Source: Granulicella sp. (lineage in GTDB: Bacteria > Acidobacteriota > Terriglobia > Terriglobales > Acidobacteriaceae). Taken from it: a stretch of 64,000 bases of DNA. The position numbers were made by a program, and so were the translations under genes. The stretch spans positions 19,687 through 83,686 of the forward strand of contig DAHWNL010000030.1 of assembly GCA_027339965.1 (NCBI GenBank), read 5' to 3'. Below the pieces are notes generated by a model, which ran no database searches, was not told the origin of the DNA, and saw only the letters and a list, made by a program, of their open reading frames with translations. Below, in pieces: positions 31,972-42,145 of this stretch (positions are counted from its first letter, which is position 1; each line of letters begins with the position of its first letter).

Positions 31972-33509
31972 GCCAATGCAACCTCCAACGGTCTCGCCAT
32001 GGGATGAGCAACTTCATATTTTTGACAGATGAGATTGGCGGAGATTCGAGCCGACTCGAAGATGGTGGGTAGCCCGCTGCCCGGATGCGTTCCCCCGCCA
32101 ACCAGATAGCAGTTCTCAAACATCTCGAACTTGTTGTGGGGACGCATGTAGAGCATCTGATCCCAGCTATGCGCCATGTTGAAGGTCGCGCCCAGAAAGA
32201 CCGAGTGTCTGTCTTCCCAATCCTGCGGGGTCACGATCATCTCCCGCTGAACATGAGGCTCCACATCCCCAAACGGAGTCCGTTCTCGCAGGACGCGAAA
32301 GATGCGCTCTCGCATCTCCTGTTTTTGCTCCTGCCAGTCGATGCCGCTTCTGTTGTTGGAAACCGGCACCAGAATATAAAGTGCTGAGTGGCCGGAGGGC
32401 GCGCCGGATGGGTCCGTTCTGCAAGAGTTGCGGATATAGACGGAGATCTCATCCAGATTCTGACTGCCTTGCGTAATCGCTTCAATATTCTTCTTGTAGT
32501 CGCGCGCAAAGATGATCGTGTGGTGCTCGGCATCATACGTTCGATCCAGCCCCAGGTACATCATGAAGGTAGAGCAGGAAAACTTCCGTTCGCGCAGTTT
32601 CTCTGGCCGGTACCTGCCTAGACGGTTTGGCTCAAAGAGCGTAGTCATGGCATGTCCGAAATCGGCGTTGAGGATGACCTCGTCGCAGTAGATCTTTTCC
32701 CCACTAGCCAGCTTCACTCCCGTGGCGCGCCTGCCATCCAGAAGCACACGCGCCACAGGCGCGGAGGTGTGAATCTCGGCACCCTCTTCGCGGCTTACCT
32801 CCGCCAGCGCCTGGGGAATGCGGGAGAGCCCTCCCATCACGTGGTAGACCCCATGGGCGTGTTCGGTGTAGGGAATCATGGTGAACAACCCCGGACAGTC
32901 CCAGGGCGACATTCCCAGATACTTGGACTGAAAGGTGAACGCCAGACGCAGATCTTCGGAACGGAAGTAATCGCCCAGGACGTCGTAAAGAGACCTGCCG
33001 GCGGCGATGTAGGGAACCGTGGCGAGTAATGTAGGGCTAAGCAGGCTGGCCAAGGTTCCGTACGGCTTCTGCAGGCAGGGATAGAGCTTCTCAAACCTCT
33101 CGCTCTCGCAGGCAAGAAAGCGATCAAGGTTGCCGCCCTCCCCTGGAAAGTGCCGCTCAATCTCGTGCTTCATCGCCCCCGGATCGGAGCGGACCAGCAT
33201 CGTCTTATCCGCAAAGCTCAACGCGTACACGGGGTCCAGTTTGCGGAACTGAAGGTAATCGCTCGACCGTCTTCCTCCCTCCGCGAAGAGCTCATCCAGG
33301 AGAAACTTCATCATCAGAAAGGTAGGTCCAAGGTCGAAGCGATAGTCCCCTAGACGCACCTCGGCATTGCGTCCGCCCACCACATCCTGCTTTTCAAACA
33401 CCTGGACCCGGAAACCCCGCTGCGCCAGGAGCATGGCTGCGGAAAGCCCTCCGGGACCCGCGCCGACAATCACAACGCTCCTCTTGTTACCCGTCGCCAA
33501 GTTGCCCAT
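31968..33509 (-). CDS. crtN: 4,4'-diapophytoene desaturase (CrtN, CrtI family)
   Basis: GAGPGGL, DLGPTFLMM, FQSKYLGMSPWDCP, GGTHPGSGLPTIFESARI; resembles Methylomonas-type CrtN as I recall it. Confidence 0.82.
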   Translation of the reverse strand: MGNLATGNKRSVVIVGAGPGGLSAAMLLAQRGFRVQVFEKQDVVGGRNAEVRLGDYRFDLGPTFLMMKFLLDELFAEGGRRSSDYLQFRKLDPVYALSFADKTMLVRSDPGAMKHEIERHFPGEGGNLDRFLACESERFEKLYPCLQKPYGTLASLLSPTLLATVPYIAAGRSLYDVLGDYFRSEDLRLAFTFQSKYLGMSPWDCPGLFTMIPYTEHAHGVYHVMGGLSRIPQALAEVSREEGAEIHTSAPVARVLLDGRRATGVKLASGEKIYCDEVILNADFGHAMTTLFEPNRLGRYRPEKLRERKFSCSTFMMYLGLDRTYDAEHHTIIFARDYKKNIEAITQGSQNLDEISVYIRNSCRTDPSGAPSGHSALYILVPVSNNRSGIDWQEQKQEMRERIFRVLRERTPFGDVEPHVQREMIVTPQDWEDRHSVFLGATFNMAHSWDQMLYMRPHNKFEMFENCYLVGGGTHPGSGLPTIFESARISANLICQKYEVAHPMARPLEVALA

Positions 33510-33683
33510 AGGTCGAACTTAACACTCAGGCATTGTCCCTTGGCTGGCATCAGGTGGCGAAGCAAGGATCATTTGCTTGCTGCGCAAGAGACCAGCGCAC
33601 TTTTGCTCTCCAGGTAAACAAGCGGCTTTCCCCCATCGATAGCGCAGCCTCGCTCCGCTCTCTGCACCGCTCGGGAGGATGCT

Positions 33684-34337
33684 TTACCGAGGGGTTCCCG
33701 TGGTGACCACCATCGCAATGCAGGGAGTATCTACCAGACTTCGATAGGAATGCTTTTGCAGGGCATCGAAGTAGATGGAGTCGCCGGCTGCAAGCTGGAA
33801 CGTCTCTACGCCAATCTTCATCTCCAGCTTACCCTCCAGCAGGTAGAGCAGTTCCACCCCCGGATGATAGTGCGGCACGGCCTTCTCCTCCGGCCAGGGA
33901 TGGAAGTGCGCCAAGTAGCCGCTCAGCTTGCGCTCATTCACACGAAAGTCCAGGCTTTCAAAGTGCCAAGGAGCGGAAGCGGCCTTTGGGTCCGAAGGAA
34001 ATAGCATACGTTCGTTGCGCCGCACCACCGACACAACATGGCGCTTCCTCGGGTCGCTGAAAAAATAGTCCAGGCCAACACCAAAGACCAGAGCGATCCT
34101 GGTCAGCGTGGGCAGTGTCGGCACCAGCCGCCCATTCTCCAGCCGCGACAGCATGGCGGCAGAAAATCCCGTGTGCTCCGCCAACTGAGCTAGTCCCATG
34201 TTCCGGCGCAGACGCAGGGTACGCAGCTTGTCGGCAATCGCATAGGGACGAAGTGATTCCTGGACGATCCCCGCGTCCGTACTCTTGCCGCTCGCCTTCG
34301 CCTCCGCAGCAGAGGTTTTGACTTGCTTGCCGGGCAT
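33684..34337 (-). CDS. XRE-HTH plus cupin transcriptional regulator
   Basis: 'LAQLAEHTGFSAAMLSRLENG..PTL'; cupin 'HYHPGVELLYLLEG...GDSIYF..H'. Confidence 0.9.
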   Translation of the reverse strand: MPGKQVKTSAAEAKASGKSTDAGIVQESLRPYAIADKLRTLRLRRNMGLAQLAEHTGFSAAMLSRLENGRLVPTLPTLTRIALVFGVGLDYFFSDPRKRHVVSVVRRNERMLFPSDPKAASAPWHFESLDFRVNERKLSGYLAHFHPWPEEKAVPHYHPGVELLYLLEGKLEMKIGVETFQLAAGDSIYFDALQKHSYRSLVDTPCIAMVVTTGTPR

Positions 34338-34546
34338 ACTTCAATGTACGGCTGATCTTTACTGCCAATCAAGTGGAGTTGCCGTCTGAGTAAGGCCTTA
34401 CGGACACTTTGCGAACGATCGAGCATAGCCGCCTATCGAAAGGATGTGCACTTCCTGTCCCGCCAGGTCTCTGGAACGCCAAGTCTCTGGAATTGGCTTC
34501 AAAGTTTTTCTGCCGGCAATTCCTTCCCGGCAGACACCCTCCTGGT

Positions 34547-34755
34547 TCACATGGCTGCGCGCCCAGACTGGCGCTACGGACGGCAATCTGGGCGCTCATC
34601 TTCTCAAGCTGGAGGAGGCCGGCTACGTTGCCATTGCCAAGAGCTTCGTCCAGCGCAAGCCACAGACGCTATACCGGATCACCAACGCCGGCCGCACCGC
34701 GCTGACAGAGTATGTCCGAGCTCTCCGCCAACTTCTCGGCTCAGCCATCTCCTGA
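34547..34755 (+). pseudogene. winged-helix (HTH_34/ArsR-like) regulator, 5'-truncated
   Basis: 'FTWLRAQTGATDGNLGAHLLKLEEAGYV...KPQTLYRIT..GR' lacks the usual N-terminal H...RL helix. Confidence 0.6.
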
Positions 34756-34886
34756 CGGGCTCACGGCCTGCGTCGGAATACAAGCCGTGAACTTGGAGTT
34801 TTCTCCCCCAGGATACGGCGACCCCTTCCGCAGCGTTGCGCAGAGAAGGCCCCGGCAGAAAGCGATCCGCGACCCTCCCTAGGTTT

Positions 34887-37800
34887 TCATGCCTGCGGTT
34901 TGGGAGTGAACAGGATAAAGTTCTCCGCGCAGGCCCCCCAGTTCCGGAGCAGCCTCTCTCCCAGCTTGCTGGCCGAGAAACGCGCATGCTGTTCGAGCAG
35001 CTCGCGTAGCGCCAGTTGCTCTTCCGCTGCGGCCCCCGCAAAGGGCTGAGCCTCCAAAAACTCGGTATGGTACTGCGTTTCGGCAATCATCGTCCGCCGA
35101 GCATCATAGACCCAAGCCAGTCCACCAGTCATCCCAGCGCCGAAGTTGATGCCCACGCCGCCCAGGATCACCACCATGCCGCCGGTCATGTACTCGCAGG
35201 CGTGATCTCCTACGCCCTCCACCACCGCGCTTGCCCCTGAGTTCCGCACGCCGAACCGCTCACCCGCCCTTCCTGCGGCAAAAAGGCGTCCGGAGGTCGC
35301 GCCGTACAGGGCCACGTTCCCCAGCAGCACATGATCTCCGCTGTGCTCGGCGGCGCTGCCCACGGCGCGCAGAATCAGGTCGGCTCCGGAGAGCCCCTTG
35401 CCCACAAAGTCGTTGGCTTGTCCGGTCAGAATCAACTTCATCCCCTGACCGGCAAACGCGCCGAAGGACTGCCCCGCAATTCCTTCCAGGTCGAAGGTGA
35501 CGTCCACATCCTCCAGTTCCCCTTTGGCCCGCCGCAAGGAGATCTCTCCGGCCAGCCTGGCACCCACCGACCGGTGCTCATTGCAGATGCTGCTGCGCAC
35601 AGAAAACGGCTCACCCCGCGCCGCGGAGGCCAGAGCAGCCTCCGTCCATGGGTCGTCCAGAGGATGATCTTCGCCCGGGCGCTCATTGCGTGCGCCCATC
35701 CACCGGGTGGGCCCGTGGCCCTGGTCAGAGAGCATGGGCGTCAGATCGAGATTGCCGTCAAATCGTACCTGCTCCAGCAGGTCAACGCGCCCGATGGCAG
35801 CCTCCAGGCTGGATAGCCCGTAACGGGCCAACAGGTGGCGCAACGACTCCGCAAGCTGGCGGAAGTACGTAACGATATGCTCCGGCTTTCCGCGGAACCT
35901 GGCGCGCAGCTCCGGCCGCTGGGTGGCAATCCCGGTAGGGCAGGTATTGAGATGGCACTGCCTGGCCATATCGCAGCCCATGGCCACCAGCACCGCTGTG
36001 CCGAAGGCGTATTCATCGGCGCCCAGCAACGCGGCCACCAGCACATCCCGAGCCGTGGCGATGCCGCCATCCGTGCGCAGCCGAACCCGCTCTCGCATGC
36101 CCGTGCTGCGCAACTGTTGCTGTGCTTCAGAGAGGCCCAGCTCCCACGGATTGCCCGCGTACTTGATGCTGGAAAGCGCCGCCGCTCCGGTGCCGCCCGT
36201 GTTTCCGGCAATCACAATGTAGTCCGCATAAGCCTTGGCGACTCCGGCAGCCACCGTTCCCACGCCCAGGCCGGAGACCAGCTTGACTCCGATTCCAGCC
36301 CGGGGATTCACCCGCTTCAGGTCGTAGATCAACTGGGCGAGATCTTCAATGGAGTAAATATCGTGGTGCGGTGGAGGGGAGATCAGCGCGACGCCGGGCT
36401 GCGCATGACGCAGACGCGCAATCAGCCCGGAGACCTTGTGCCCGGGCAGTTGCCCGCCCTCGCCGGGCTTGGCTCCCTGGGCCACCTTGATCTCAATCTC
36501 CTCGGCGTGCGCCAGGTACTCGGCCGTCACGCCGAAGCGACCGGAGGCAATCTGTTTCACTTTGTTGTTGAGCGAGCTATGCACCACGGGGGCAGATATC
36601 GGCTCGGCCAACGCTGCCACCCCTCCCTGACCGCTCAAGCGAGCCGCCAGTTGGCTCCCGCCCGTGTCAAGCGCCGGATGCGGCACCGCAACGCGATAAA
36701 CATCCGGATCCTCACCCCCCTCGCCGGTATTGGAGCGCGCTCCCAGCGAGTTCATCGCCCGGGTAATCGTCTGGTGGGCCTCGGGACTGATCGAGCCCAG
36801 GGACATGGCACTGGCGACAAAGCGCCGGCAGAGGCTATCGCCAGCCTCCACCTCTTCGATCGGAAGTTCGGGTCCCGCCGGCCGCACCTCCAGCAGATCG
36901 CGCAAGGATCCGGCGTCGCCGGCGTCCATGCTGCGGTTGAAGACAGCAAAGGCCGCCGGAGCATCCGTGGCGGCAGAAACACCGCGGGCGCTGCCGACCA
37001 CTGTCTGCAAAGCCTTCACCGTCGGTGGTTGCCAACGGTGCGACTCAGCGGCCTCATCCTTGCGGAACCGCACCCATCCATAATCAGGAAGATCCTCAGC
37101 CTCCGCGGCGCCGCTTGACCCTTTTCCTGGCAGATCTGCAGGACTGGATTGCCAGCTCGAACGCAGGCGCCGGTCCAACTCCGCAAATCCGATTCCTGAC
37201 AGCGGCGCCGGCGTATTCGTAAAGCAACGATCGACCACGCTGGAATGCAGGCCAAGAATGTCAAAGAGATGGGCGCCCCGATAACTGTCCACCACGGAGA
37301 TCCCCATCTTGGACATCACCTTGGCCAGCCCGGCGTCCAGCGCCTTCAGCATCATCTTTTCGCCGTCCACGCCCTCCGGCTGCAGCGCTCGCGCCGTCTT
37401 CAGCGCCAGCCACGGACAGACGGCTCCGGCGCCATAACCAATCAGGACCGCGGTGTGGTGAACGTCTCGACAATCCCCTGCTTCCACGGCTATTCCACAC
37501 AAAGTGCGCAATCCGGCAGCCACCAGACCCTGGTGGACCACGCCTGTCGCCATCGCCATGGGAATCGGCAAACGGCTCGCACTGGCGCCGCGGTCGGTCA
37601 AAAGCAGCAGCCGGACCCCCTCAAGCACCATCTCCACGGCGCGGCCGCAAAGGTCATCAATCGCTTCTGCCAGAGTCTTCTCTGGCGAATAAAGACAGGG
37701 CAGCTCTTCCAGACGAAGCACCTCGCGGTGCGGATAGATGCCCGCGCGCAGCGCCGCCATCTGCCCCAGGGAGAGAAACGGCGAGCTGAGAGAGATGCCG

Positions 37801-39482
37801 GGCAACGGTTCATTCTTCTCCAGCAGATGAGCCCATGGACCCAGACGCGTCGAGAGCGAGACCACAATGGCCTCGCGCAGCGGATCGATCGCCGGATTCG
37901 TGACCTGCGCAAAGCGCTGGCGGAAGAAGGCGTACAGCGGACGCGGGCTACGGGCCAGGAACGCCAGCGGCGTGTCGTCACCCATGGACCAGACAGGGTC
38001 CTTCCCTGCCGCGGCCATCGGTTGCAGAATCATCTTCACATCTTCCTTGGTGTAGCCAAACCCGCGCTGAAAGGCTTCCAGATCCATCCCCGAAGCGGGC
38101 TCCTCAACCGGCAACAGCGGCGTACCTTCAATCAGCGAAGCGTAAGTTGCCTTGGCATCAAAGGCATCCAGCATCTCATCGTTGTGGTAGATCCTGTGCT
38201 CCTCGGTATCCACGCCGATCATCTGTCCCGGCCCCAGCCGGCCGCTCTCAATCACCGTAGCCGGATCCAGATCCACCAGACCAATCTCACTGCCCGCCAC
38301 CACCAGACCACCACTGGTAATCGCATAACGGCACGGCCGCAGGCCATTGCGATCCAGAGCGGCGCCTACCACGACTCCGTCGCTGTAGGCTATCGCAGCC
38401 GGGCCATCCCAGGGCTCCGTGCAACCCGCATGGTACTGGAGGAAGGGGCTGGGGCGGCGGACCAGCGCTGGCGGCAACAGCATCCGGACCGCCTCCGAGA
38501 TCGTCCGCCCATTCTGGCTGATCAACTCCACCGTCTCATCCAGACTGTTGGAGTCGGTTCCATCTTTGGTCAGCACCGGCTTGCACTCCACCGGCAAGGT
38601 GGAGTCCCTGGCGGCCATCCGGGCACGATTTCCCCATACTGTGTTGATCTCACCGTTGTGGCCCAGCTTGCGGCCGGGCTGCGCTCGATGCCACGCCGGC
38701 GTCGTATTGGTGGCATATCGCTGATGAAAGATGGCAAAGTGGGTCACAAACTCCGCAGAGGCAAGATCGGGATAAAACTCCGGCAGAAGCCGCCCCAGGC
38801 ACATCGCCTTGTAGACGATCGTCCGGCTGGACAAGGAGCAGACATAGCCGGTGACGTCGCCCAGTTCCACGGCGCGCTCGAACTGCTTGCGGGCCAGGTA
38901 CAGCCTACGCTCCATGGGATCAGCGTCGCGGGCCCCTCCATCGGCCACCAGTACCTGGCGAATCTTCGGCATGGTGCTGAGCGCAATCCTGCCCAGGATC
39001 TCCGGCCGGGTAGGAACCTCTCTCCATGCCAACACCTGCAGTTGCTGCGAGGCAAGACATCTTTCCAGCACGCCATCGGCGCGGCTCTCCTCCTGCGGCC
39101 AGAAGACCATCCCTACACCCAGCGTCTCCCCGTCCCGCATCTCTACTCCCGTGGAGCGCAGCAGGAGCCGGCGCGGGGGCGCGGTCATCAATCCGATGCC
39201 ATCGCTGCTCAGGCCATCCGCCGCCACCGCCCCGCGATGCTCGAGGCGGGAGAGAGCGGTGAGAGCGTGGCGCAGGATCTGATGGTTCGATTCCCCCTGT
39301 GCGGATGCAACAAATCCCACTCCGCAGGAGTCATGTTCGAAGCGTGGGTCCAAGAGCGAGACGCCAGGCTCGTCGGCCGCCCGGCCGCTTGCAAACCCAT
39401 CCCGGGAGCCTTCCCCTCCGGATCTTTGCCGGGCCGCTCCTGCTTGCCCGGCCTGCGTTCTCTGCACTTCCGTGATGCCCAT
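34887..39482 (-). CDS. gltB: glutamate synthase large subunit
   Basis: HDS|CGVGF, HNGEIN, PWDGPA, AQGAKPGEGGQLPG, C-x5-C-x4-C [3Fe-4S] motif, GXGXG domain. Confidence 0.97.
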   Translation of the reverse strand: MGITEVQRTQAGQAGAARQRSGGEGSRDGFASGRAADEPGVSLLDPRFEHDSCGVGFVASAQGESNHQILRHALTALSRLEHRGAVAADGLSSDGIGLMTAPPRRLLLRSTGVEMRDGETLGVGMVFWPQEESRADGVLERCLASQQLQVLAWREVPTRPEILGRIALSTMPKIRQVLVADGGARDADPMERRLYLARKQFERAVELGDVTGYVCSLSSRTIVYKAMCLGRLLPEFYPDLASAEFVTHFAIFHQRYATNTTPAWHRAQPGRKLGHNGEINTVWGNRARMAARDSTLPVECKPVLTKDGTDSNSLDETVELISQNGRTISEAVRMLLPPALVRRPSPFLQYHAGCTEPWDGPAAIAYSDGVVVGAALDRNGLRPCRYAITSGGLVVAGSEIGLVDLDPATVIESGRLGPGQMIGVDTEEHRIYHNDEMLDAFDAKATYASLIEGTPLLPVEEPASGMDLEAFQRGFGYTKEDVKMILQPMAAAGKDPVWSMGDDTPLAFLARSPRPLYAFFRQRFAQVTNPAIDPLREAIVVSLSTRLGPWAHLLEKNEPLPGISLSSPFLSLGQMAALRAGIYPHREVLRLEELPCLYSPEKTLAEAIDDLCGRAVEMVLEGVRLLLLTDRGASASRLPIPMAMATGVVHQGLVAAGLRTLCGIAVEAGDCRDVHHTAVLIGYGAGAVCPWLALKTARALQPEGVDGEKMMLKALDAGLAKVMSKMGISVVDSYRGAHLFDILGLHSSVVDRCFTNTPAPLSGIGFAELDRRLRSSWQSSPADLPGKGSSGAAEAEDLPDYGWVRFRKDEAAESHRWQPPTVKALQTVVGSARGVSAATDAPAAFAVFNRSMDAGDAGSLRDLLEVRPAGPELPIEEVEAGDSLCRRFVASAMSLGSISPEAHQTITRAMNSLGARSNTGEGGEDPDVYRVAVPHPALDTGGSQLAARLSGQGGVAALAEPISAPVVHSSLNNKVKQIASGRFGVTAEYLAHAEEIEIKVAQGAKPGEGGQLPGHKVSGLIARLRHAQPGVALISPPPHHDIYSIEDLAQLIYDLKRVNPRAGIGVKLVSGLGVGTVAAGVAKAYADYIVIAGNTGGTGAAALSSIKYAGNPWELGLSEAQQQLRSTGMRERVRLRTDGGIATARDVLVAALLGADEYAFGTAVLVAMGCDMARQCHLNTCPTGIATQRPELRARFRGKPEHIVTYFRQLAESLRHLLARYGLSSLEAAIGRVDLLEQVRFDGNLDLTPMLSDQGHGPTRWMGARNERPGEDHPLDDPWTEAALASAARGEPFSVRSSICNEHRSVGARLAGEISLRRAKGELEDVDVTFDLEGIAGQSFGAFAGQGMKLILTGQANDFVGKGLSGADLILRAVGSAAEHSGDHVLLGNVALYGATSGRLFAAGRAGERFGVRNSGASAVVEGVGDHACEYMTGGMVVILGGVGINFGAGMTGGLAWVYDARRTMIAETQYHTEFLEAQPFAGAAAEEQLALRELLEQHARFSASKLGERLLRNWGACAENFILFTPKPQA

Positions 39483-39711
39483 AGTTCAATATACTTCCGT
39501 TTCTGCACCGGCGTTTTTAGTCGTCTAACTTCGTTCGGCACTTCTCTCCGGATGGAGCCTGATCCACCCGCTTCCGATCCGGGATAGAGGAATTGCAAGA
39601 AAGCTACAATCCCAAATTGAGCCACGGATTAAGCCACGGAAAGAATCGATCCATCCGATGGATCTCAGGCTCCCTTCTGGCCGCCCCTCTCCGGCGAATC
39701 TTTTACTCGGC

Positions 39712-39763
39712 TTGACAGCAAGTTCATGTATATTTATACATGGTTTATGTATTTTTATACTAA
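39712..39763 (+). promoter_or_regulatory. arg operon promoter with tandem ARG boxes
   Basis: TTGACA at 39712; CATGTATATTTATACATG (39725-39742), 3-bp spacer, TATGTATTTTTATACTAA (39746-39763). Confidence 0.85.
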
Positions 39764-39766
39764 CAG

Positions 39767-39793
39767 CGTGACGCGCCAGGCGTCACGTTTTTT
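39767..39793 (+). terminator. terminator-like hairpin in the arg leader
   Basis: CGTGACGC-gccag-GCGTCACG followed by T6. Confidence 0.55.
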
Positions 39794-39830
39794 CGTGTTT
39801 GCAGAACCGCTCTTGGCTCGTTGGTAGGGT

Positions 39831-40265
39831 ATGAAAACGCAGCGACATCAGGCAATTCGCGAGCTACTGGCGACTTCCACGGTCACCAATCAGGATGATC
39901 TGCGGCGCAAGCTGGCGGGATGCGGCATTCATGTGACCCAGGCAACGCTCTCTCGCGACATCCGTCAGTTGAAGCTTTTGAAGGGACCCACCGGGTATGC
40001 CCTGCCGGTTACCGACGGAGAAGATGAGCTTCCCGACATTGTCGACGTTTTGAAGGACTTCGGCCTGGAGGTCCGCCAGGCTCAGAATCTGCTCATCCTG
40101 CTGACCACCTTGGGCGGGGCCCAGCCGGTGGCAGCCAGCATCGATGCTCAGGATTGGAGTGATGTGGTAGGCACGCTTGCGGGAGATAACACGATTTTGA
40201 TCATCTGCCCTGACAATCAAAAGGCGGAAGCGCTCCGCCACCGAATCGAGGCCTACATTGCCTGA
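39831..40265 (+). CDS. argR: arginine repressor
   Basis: VTQATLSRDI, GTLAGDNT. Confidence 0.95.
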   Translation: MKTQRHQAIRELLATSTVTNQDDLRRKLAGCGIHVTQATLSRDIRQLKLLKGPTGYALPVTDGEDELPDIVDVLKDFGLEVRQAQNLLILLTTLGGAQPVAASIDAQDWSDVVGTLAGDNTILIICPDNQKAEALRHRIEAYIA

Positions 40266-41346
40266 CTCAGCCGTCAGCCCGGTCCACGCCAGCCTGCGCG
40301 TTGCGGTAGCAGGCGTCAGCGGCTATGCGGGCGGAGAGCTGGTGCGTCTGTTGCTGAACCATCCGCGACTGCGCTCCACGCCCCCGCTGCTGCTGGCGAG
40401 GCTGGGCGAAGCAGAGGCCACTCCTACCGCGCTTACCCACCTTCACCCTCAACTTTCAGGTCTGGGTGCGGCGGATCAGATGCAGGTCCTGCCTTTCACC
40501 TGGGAGCAGTTGCAGCGCCAGTCGGTAGACCTGCTCCTGCTGGCGACGCCTCATGAGCAGTCGCGCGCCTGGGCTCCCCACGCGCTGGCGCACGGTATGC
40601 GCGTGATCGACCTCAGCGGAGCCTGGAGACTGCAACAGGAACAACATCGAGCCGTCTACAAACTTGTGGATGCGGACCCATCCCTAGCTGCGGCGCTGCA
40701 GAGCGAAGCCATCTATGGGTCTCCCGAGCTGCATGCTGACGCCATCCGCAAAGCCCGGCTGGTGGCCAATCCCGGCTGCTATGCCACCTCAATCGTGCTT
40801 GCGCTGGAGCCGCTGGTGCGCGCCGAAGTGCTGGATCTGGACCACGGAGTTGTCTGCGACGCCAAGTCTGGAGTCAGCGGAGCCGGCAAGGCGTTGACGC
40901 CCAATAATCTCTTCATGCACGCCGCCGACAATTTCTCTGCCTATGCTGTCTTTGGACATCGCCACACCGGCGAGCTTCTGGAGCAGCTCGGGCTCAGCGC
41001 AGACCAGTTTCAGTTCACACCACACCTTCTGCCGATTCCGCGCGGCATCCTTTCCACCATCTACATCCGTTTGCGGCAGCGCTCTGAACCGGCAGCCATT
41101 CAGGCTATCTTTGACCGCTTCTACGCGAAGGCTCCGCTGGTCCGGGTGAGACGATCGCCTCAGCTTCCGCAGATTCAGTACGTGGTGCGGAGCAACTACT
41201 GCGATGTGGGATTTCATATCGGACCCGACGGGCGCAGGATGGTGCTCGTGAGCTGTCTTGACAATCTTCTGAAAGGCGCAGCATCCCAAGCTGTCGAAAA
41301 TCTGAATCTGATGGCGGGGTGGGATCAAGCGGAGGGCTTACGATGA
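40258..41346 (+). CDS. argC: N-acetyl-gamma-glutamyl-phosphate reductase
   Basis: GVSGYAG, ANPGCY, SGVSGAG, DNLLKGAASQAV. Confidence 0.96.
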   Translation: MPDSAVSPVHASLRVAVAGVSGYAGGELVRLLLNHPRLRSTPPLLLARLGEAEATPTALTHLHPQLSGLGAADQMQVLPFTWEQLQRQSVDLLLLATPHEQSRAWAPHALAHGMRVIDLSGAWRLQQEQHRAVYKLVDADPSLAAALQSEAIYGSPELHADAIRKARLVANPGCYATSIVLALEPLVRAEVLDLDHGVVCDAKSGVSGAGKALTPNNLFMHAADNFSAYAVFGHRHTGELLEQLGLSADQFQFTPHLLPIPRGILSTIYIRLRQRSEPAAIQAIFDRFYAKAPLVRVRRSPQLPQIQYVVRSNYCDVGFHIGPDGRRMVLVSCLDNLLKGAASQAVENLNLMAGWDQAEGLR

Positions 41347-41362
41347 AGGCGGTGAGCCGGCT

Positions 41363-42145
41363 ATGAAATTTGTCGTCAAGCTGGGAGGAGCGGCGCTGGA
41401 GAACCCGGAACTGCTGCAGCGCTGCTCGCGCGCCCTTGCGGAACTGGCCAAGGATGGGCATAGGGTCGCTCTGGTCCATGGTGGGGGCGTGCAACTGACA
41501 CGGCTTCTTGCCCAGATGGGCAAGAAAAGCGAGTTCGTCGCCGGTCTGCGAGTGACCGATGCGGAGACCCGTGATGCTGCGCTGATGGTGCTTGGCGGCA
41601 GGGTCAACAAATCCCTGGTGGCGTCGCTGGGTCAGTGCGGGCAACCGGCCATGGGCCTTACCGGCGGAGACGGACACGTCTTCCGAGCGCGCAAGAAGAA
41701 GACTACCCCTGACCTGGGTTACGTAGGGGAGATTGCCGCTACCGACCCCAAATGGCTGGATGCAATCTGGACCATGGGGGCCATCCCTGTGATCTCTTCC
41801 ATCGCCCTGGGCTTCGATGGAGAGTACTACAACATCAACGCCGATGAGATGGCATCCGCCTGCGCCATTGCCACCAAGGCCGATGCGCTGGTCTTCCTCA
41901 CCGACGTGCCCGGAGTCAAAGGGGCAGACGGGAACGTGATGCGCTGGCTTTCCCTGCAACAGATTCCTGCCTTAGCGGCGCAGGCCGTCGTCTCCGGGGG
42001 AATGCTTCCCAAGCTCAACGCCTGCAAGGAGGCGCTGCTGCACGGCGTCAAGCGCGTCCGCATCCTACCCGCAGAGTCGGCGGCCGTTTTGCCTGACCTG
42101 CTGAATTCAAGAGTCAACGATGGCACGGAGGTAATGGTTGCATGA
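41363..42145 (+). CDS. argB: acetylglutamate kinase
   Basis: VVKLGG, VHGGG, GLRVTD, NINAD, GGMLPK. Confidence 0.96.
   Translation: MKFVVKLGGAALENPELLQRCSRALAELAKDGHRVALVHGGGVQLTRLLAQMGKKSEFVAGLRVTDAETRDAALMVLGGRVNKSLVASLGQCGQPAMGLTGGDGHVFRARKKKTTPDLGYVGEIAATDPKWLDAIWTMGAIPVISSIALGFDGEYYNINADEMASACAIATKADALVFLTDVPGVKGADGNVMRWLSLQQIPALAAQAVVSGGMLPKLNACKEALLHGVKRVRILPAESAAVLPDLLNSRVNDGTEVMVA

Noticed and set aside
35835..39587. Long + strand ORFs (427 and 780 aa) opposite gltB
   Set aside because: Antisense shadows of a high-GC gene with no motifs
39726..39827. Leader peptide ORF starting in the ARG box
   Set aside because: It starts inside the promoter/operator, has no RBS and has no Arg codon run
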